In this document: positions 26,435-30,172 of the stretch, piece by piece | Layout: each line of letters starts with the position of its first letter | Numbering within the stretch: position 1 is the first letter of the stretch | NCBI GenBank assembly: GCA_039714075.1 | Contig: JBDLKA010000036.1 | Coordinates: forward strand, 1-30,172 | DNA: 30,172 bases | Source of the DNA: Candidatus Krumholzibacteriota bacterium | Lineage (GTDB): Bacteria; Krumholzibacteriota; Krumholzibacteriia; LZORAL124-64-63 | Reading direction: 5' to 3' | Position numbers and translations under genes: made by a program | Notes under the pieces: model-generated | What the model was told of the DNA's origin: nothing | Databases searched by the model: none | What the model saw: only the letters and a program-made list of their open reading frames with translations

Positions 26435-27928
26435 ATGGATTCCATCGCCAACATTCAATCCCGGGGATTTCGACGGCGCATCGCCGGCCGGACCGGTCTC
26501 GTTCGGGTTCTGGCAACCGTCCTGCTGGCTGGGGGCGTACTTGCTGCCGGGGTGGGGAATGCCCAGACCGCGGCCGATCCCTGCGAAAACGGTCCCACTC
26601 TATACCGGGCGGCCAAATTCACCGAAGCACGCGCGGCTTTTCTCGCCTGCCTGGACCAGGGGGGCGCCGGCGTCGATATCCTTTTGCCCCTGGTGGTGAT
26701 GGCCGTCCGTGAGGAACGGCAGGGCGAAGGGATCGAATTCGGCCTGCAGGCGGTCGAGTCCGCCCCCGAGGATGCCGAAGCCCGCTACTGGTACGGCCGG
26801 GCCCTGCTGGGCGCCGAAAGGGTCGACGAAGCCCGCGGGCAGTGGGAGAAGGGGCTTCAGCTTTCGGTCAACCACAAGGGCATTCTCGAGGGCATGGCGC
26901 GCCTGGCCATGGCGGAAAACGAACCGGCCAAGGCCTACCAGCTTCTGGCCCAGCTGCAGCGGCAGGGCGTGAACGACCCCTGGCTGAACCGCCTGATGGC
27001 CGACATCGCCGCGGGCAAGGGTCTGTGGCAGCAATCCCTGGGACATCTGGAAATGGCCATGGCCCAGGAGGAGCCCGGTCTGCAGGACTACATGACCGCC
27101 TCGGAATTGAGCATTCTCGTGGGCGACCATCAGGGCGCCGTCGATTTCTGCCGCCGGGCCGTGGCCCTGGAACCGGGTGCGGTTTCATTCGGCGGGTTGG
27201 GGGAGGCCTACTTCGCCGTCGAGGAGATCGATTCGGCGCTGGTCTACCTTCAGTTGGCGGTTGAACAGGCTCCCCAGGATCCCCGCTACCGCTTCAATCT
27301 GGCCAATGCCCTGGAAGTTGCCGGCCTGTACGAAGAGGCTGATGGCCATTTCATCGCCTTTTTGGACATGGTTCCGGATGATTCCGTGGGGCATTTCAAT
27401 TACGGGGTCCACCTGGACAGGCTGGGCCGCTCCGAGGAGGCTCTGGCCGAGGTCACCCGGGCCGTGGACCTGAACCCCGACATGTTGACCGCACGCGTGG
27501 TCAGGGCGCAGATCCTGGAGGATATGGGCCGGTGGGACGAGGCCCTGGAAGTGGTGCGGGGGTTGAACGCCGTCGATGAAGTCAACACCGTGGAATTGAA
27601 CGCCTGGGAAGAGCGGATCCTCCGTCAGCGGGACTTTTCCCGGACCGCCGTCAGCGAGGGGAAGATCCATCTGCTGCACATGGTTCTGGGCAGTGCCGAA
27701 GTCCTGGAAATTGTCACTGCGGAACTGGCGGCCGGGACCGCCTTCACCACTTTGGCCGTGCAGTATTCCTCGGGTGGGGCGGCGGCCAAGGGAGGGGATA
27801 TCGGCTGGATCGTTCCGACGGATATGGTGGAATCGATGCAGACGGTCATCCTGCCCCTGGGCATCAACGAAACAAGCCCCCCGGTGGAAGCCGGAGGGCT
27901 GTATCATATCTTCAAGAGGGTTCCCTGA
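26435..27928 (+). CDS. Exported TPR protein with C-terminal parvulin (PpiC-type) peptidyl-prolyl isomerase domain
   Basis: Signal-peptide-like N-terminus (RRR...VLATVLLAGGVLAAGVGNAQ), many TPRs, and C-terminal HLLHMVL...FTTLAVQYS...KGGDIGW...ETSPPVEAGGLYHIFK. Confidence 0.82.
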   Translation: MDSIANIQSRGFRRRIAGRTGLVRVLATVLLAGGVLAAGVGNAQTAADPCENGPTLYRAAKFTEARAAFLACLDQGGAGVDILLPLVVMAVREERQGEGIEFGLQAVESAPEDAEARYWYGRALLGAERVDEARGQWEKGLQLSVNHKGILEGMARLAMAENEPAKAYQLLAQLQRQGVNDPWLNRLMADIAAGKGLWQQSLGHLEMAMAQEEPGLQDYMTASELSILVGDHQGAVDFCRRAVALEPGAVSFGGLGEAYFAVEEIDSALVYLQLAVEQAPQDPRYRFNLANALEVAGLYEEADGHFIAFLDMVPDDSVGHFNYGVHLDRLGRSEEALAEVTRAVDLNPDMLTARVVRAQILEDMGRWDEALEVVRGLNAVDEVNTVELNAWEERILRQRDFSRTAVSEGKIHLLHMVLGSAEVLEIVTAELAAGTAFTTLAVQYSSGGAAAKGGDIGWIVPTDMVESMQTVILPLGINETSPPVEAGGLYHIFKRVP

Positions 27929-27969
27929 TCCTGGAAATATCCAGCGAAATTCCCGCGCGACAAAGGCGC

Positions 27970-28161
27970 TCAGACGACCTTCTTGACGTTGCCCGTGCGG
28001 ATGCAGCGGGTGCACACGTAACCGCGGCGCACCTTGCCGTCCATCTCGAACCTGATTTTCTGCAGATTGGGCAGCCAGCGGTGACGGGTCAGGTTGTGAG
28101 CATGGCTCACCCTGTTTCCGTATTGGGGCCCTTTGTCGCAGACAGAGCACTTCCTGCTCAT
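27970..28161 (-). CDS. rpmB: 50S ribosomal protein L28
   Basis: [35 protein letters not shown]...VCTRCIR, the CxxC-containing form. AGGAGG SD upstream. Confidence 0.97.
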   Translation of the reverse strand: MSRKCSVCDKGPQYGNRVSHAHNLTRHRWLPNLQKIRFEMDGKVRRGYVCTRCIRTGNVKKVV

Positions 28162-28197
28162 GGGATTCCTCCTAGGAGTTGAATTCACAGGAGCGGC

Positions 28198-28226
28198 AAT
28201 TTAACATCTGAGTCGCGGCTCAGCAA
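28198..28226 (-). promoter_or_regulatory. Sigma70-type promoter for rpmB
   Basis: Minus strand TTGCTG, a 17 bp spacer, then TAAATT, with TG at the extended -10 position. Confidence 0.6.
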
Positions 28227-28259
28227 GGAATTATCTGATTTTTGGCCAGGTCGGAGTCC

Positions 28260-30172
28260 ATGAAACCGGAATTCAGTCAAGACACCCCCGTGCAGTTTCT
28301 CAAGTCGGTCGGCCCGGCCCGGGCCCGGGCCTTGGCCCGCCTGGGGGTCGAAACCGTCGGCGACCTGCTGTCCCACTATCCCCGCCGCTATTTCGACCGC
28401 AGCTCCACGGTGCCGATCCGGAGCCTGCGCCCGGGGCAGGATGTCACGGTCCGGGGTGAGATCCTGACCGCCAGCGAACGCCGGACCCGGACCGGGGGCA
28501 GCCTGCTGACGGTGACCCTGGGCGACGATACGGGGGTCCTGTTCTGTGTCTGGTTCAACCAGAAGTTCCTGCTGAAGCAATTCAAATCGGGCCGGAAGAT
28601 GATGGTCAGCGGTACGGTCCAGATGCACGGCGGCCGCGCCCAGGTGGCCCATCCGGATTACGAGGTGTTCGAACCGGCCGCCACCGAAGACGACGCCGGC
28701 CCCGGCCTGCACACCGGCCGCATGGTGCCCGTCTACGGCCTGACCTCGGGTGTCGGGCAGCACTGGCTGCGCGGCCTGGTGCACCAGGCCCTGGACAGGA
28801 TGAGCGATCTCCATGTGGACCCTTTGCCGGCCGCTCTGTTGGCGAAGCACGGTATGCCCGACCGGCGCCGGGCCCTGGAGGAAATCCATTTTCCCGCGGA
28901 TCGGCAGGGGATGGAAGCCGCTCGCGACCGGTTGGTATACGAAGAGTTGTTCACGATCCAGATCCTGATGGCCTTGCGCCGGGAGTCGCGACGCGGACTG
29001 GCGGGATTGACCCTGGCCAAACCCGGGGGCCTGACCACCAGCCTGGTGGAGACCCTGCCCTTCAGCCTGACCAAGGCCCAGCGCCGGGTCCTGAAGGAAA
29101 TCCTGGGCGACATGCGGTCCGGGCGTTCCATGCACCGCCTGCTGCAGGGGGATGTGGGTTCGGGCAAGACCCTGGTGGCGCTGATCGCGGCGCTGTTCGT
29201 CATCGAACAGGGCTACCAGGCGGTGATCATGGCTCCCACCGAGGTCCTGGCGCGGCAGCACGGGCAGACCCTGACGCGGCTCTGCGAACCGTTGGGCATC
29301 ACGGTGGAGACCTTGACCGGGTCCACGCCCGCGGCCGAACGCAGGGGCATCCTGGCCGGGGTGGCCGCCGGGGAAATCGATCTTCTGGTGGGGACCCACG
29401 CCGTGATCCAGGAGGATGTCAGGATTCCCCGCCTGGCTCTGGCCGTGGTGGATGAGCAGCACCGTTTCGGTGTTCGCCAGCGGGGCCGCCCCGCCTCGGC
29501 GACCGAAGCCGGCGAACCGGTTCATGTGCTGGTCATGAGCGCCACGCCCATTCCGCGCAGTCTGTCCCTCACTCTTTACGGGGATCTCGATCTTTCCCTC
29601 ATCGACGAGCTTCCGGCGGGCCGGCAGCCGATCACCACCAGCCTGGTCAGGGAAAAGGACGAAAAGTCGGTCTGGGAGGGTTGCCGCCGCGAGGTGGCGG
29701 TCGGCCGGCAGGTCTACGTCATCTATCCGGTCATCGAGGAAACAGAGGGGCAGGACCTGAAGGCGGCCACCGTGGAATTCGAGAGGTTGCAGGCGGAGGT
29801 GTTCCCCGGCAGCAAGGTGGCACTGCTGCATGGGCGTCTCAAGGCCCGGGATAAGGACCAGGTCATGGGGGCCTTTTCGCGGGGCGAGGTCCAGGTCCTG
29901 GTGGCGACCACGGTGGTGGAGGTGGGGGTGGACGTTCCCAACGCCACGGCCATGGTCATCCACAACCCCGAACGGTTCGGCCTGGCCCAGCTGCACCAGC
30001 TGCGGGGGCGCATCGGCCGGGGCGAACACGCTTCCCGCTGCTGGTTGCTGTGCGACCGCTATCTGGCCGAAGAGAGCTTTCAACGGATCCGGTTCTTTTC
30101 CGAAAACAGCGACGGTTTCGCCCTGGCGGAGGAGGACCTCCGTCTGCGCGGCCCCGGGGACGCCTGGGGAGT
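28260..30172 (+). CDS. recG: ATP-dependent DNA helicase RecG; 3' truncated (absent from the ORF track because it has no stop in the window)
   Basis: Read by hand from ATG 28260: MKPEFSQDTPVQFLKSVGPARA...HYPRRY, LLQGDVGSGKT, VDEQHRFG, MSATPIPR, FGLAQLHQLRGRIGRG and DLRLRGPG. Confidence 0.96.
   Translation, partial: MKPEFSQDTPVQFLKSVGPARARALARLGVETVGDLLSHYPRRYFDRSSTVPIRSLRPGQDVTVRGEILTASERRTRTGGSLLTVTLGDDTGVLFCVWFNQKFLLKQFKSGRKMMVSGTVQMHGGRAQVAHPDYEVFEPAATEDDAGPGLHTGRMVPVYGLTSGVGQHWLRGLVHQALDRMSDLHVDPLPAALLAKHGMPDRRRALEEIHFPADRQGMEAARDRLVYEELFTIQILMALRRESRRGLAGLTLAKPGGLTTSLVETLPFSLTKAQRRVLKEILGDMRSGRSMHRLLQGDVGSGKTLVALIAALFVIEQGYQAVIMAPTEVLARQHGQTLTRLCEPLGITVETLTGSTPAAERRGILAGVAAGEIDLLVGTHAVIQEDVRIPRLALAVVDEQHRFGVRQRGRPASATEAGEPVHVLVMSATPIPRSLSLTLYGDLDLSLIDELPAGRQPITTSLVREKDEKSVWEGCRREVAVGRQVYVIYPVIEETEGQDLKAATVEFERLQAEVFPGSKVALLHGRLKARDKDQVMGAFSRGEVQVLVATTVVEVGVDVPNATAMVIHNPERFGLAQLHQLRGRIGRGEHASRCWLLCDRYLAEESFQRIRFFSENSDGFALAEEDLRLRGPGDAWG

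Noticed and set aside
27931..27944. CTGGA-AATA-TCCAG hairpin between convergent genes as a terminator
   Set aside because: Short, weak stem with no U-tract on either strand.
1..30172. CRISPR arrays, tRNA/rRNA genes, IS elements or prophage
   Set aside because: No regular repeat-spacer pattern, RNA gene signature, transposase or integrase was seen. The window is almost fully occupied by housekeeping CDSs.

Overview
GC-rich bacterial chromosomal window. The gene content, including a CTD/FlgD-Ig-tailed beta-propeller protein, suggests an FCB-superphylum-type diderm (inference). From left to right: (1) a 5'-truncated PorZ-like beta-propeller protein with a T9SS-CTD/FlgD-Ig-like tail, then a DegT-family aminotransferase, a FemAB/GNAT-like acyltransferase and a Wzx-like flippase; (2) a division/cell-wall (dcw) operon behind a near-consensus sigma70 promoter and MraZ-type boxes: mraZ-[STAS-domain gene]-rsmH-ftsL-ftsI-murE-murF-mraY-murD-ftsW-murG-murC-ftsQ-ftsA-ftsZ-[TPR gene], lacking murB and ddl; (3) a single-domain response regulator, a TPR-parvulin PPIase, rpmB and a 3'-truncated recG. 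The most striking unexplained structure is a set of 12 hairpins with ANGGAN hexaloops, the CsrA/RsmA-type RNA binding geometry. They lie in the leaders or over the ribosome-binding sites of mraZ, the STAS gene, ftsL, mraY, ftsW, ftsA and ftsZ. Together with the STAS gene inserted between mraZ and rsmH, they suggest an undescribed post-transcriptional control layer on cell division. No CRISPR array, RNA gene or mobile element was seen.
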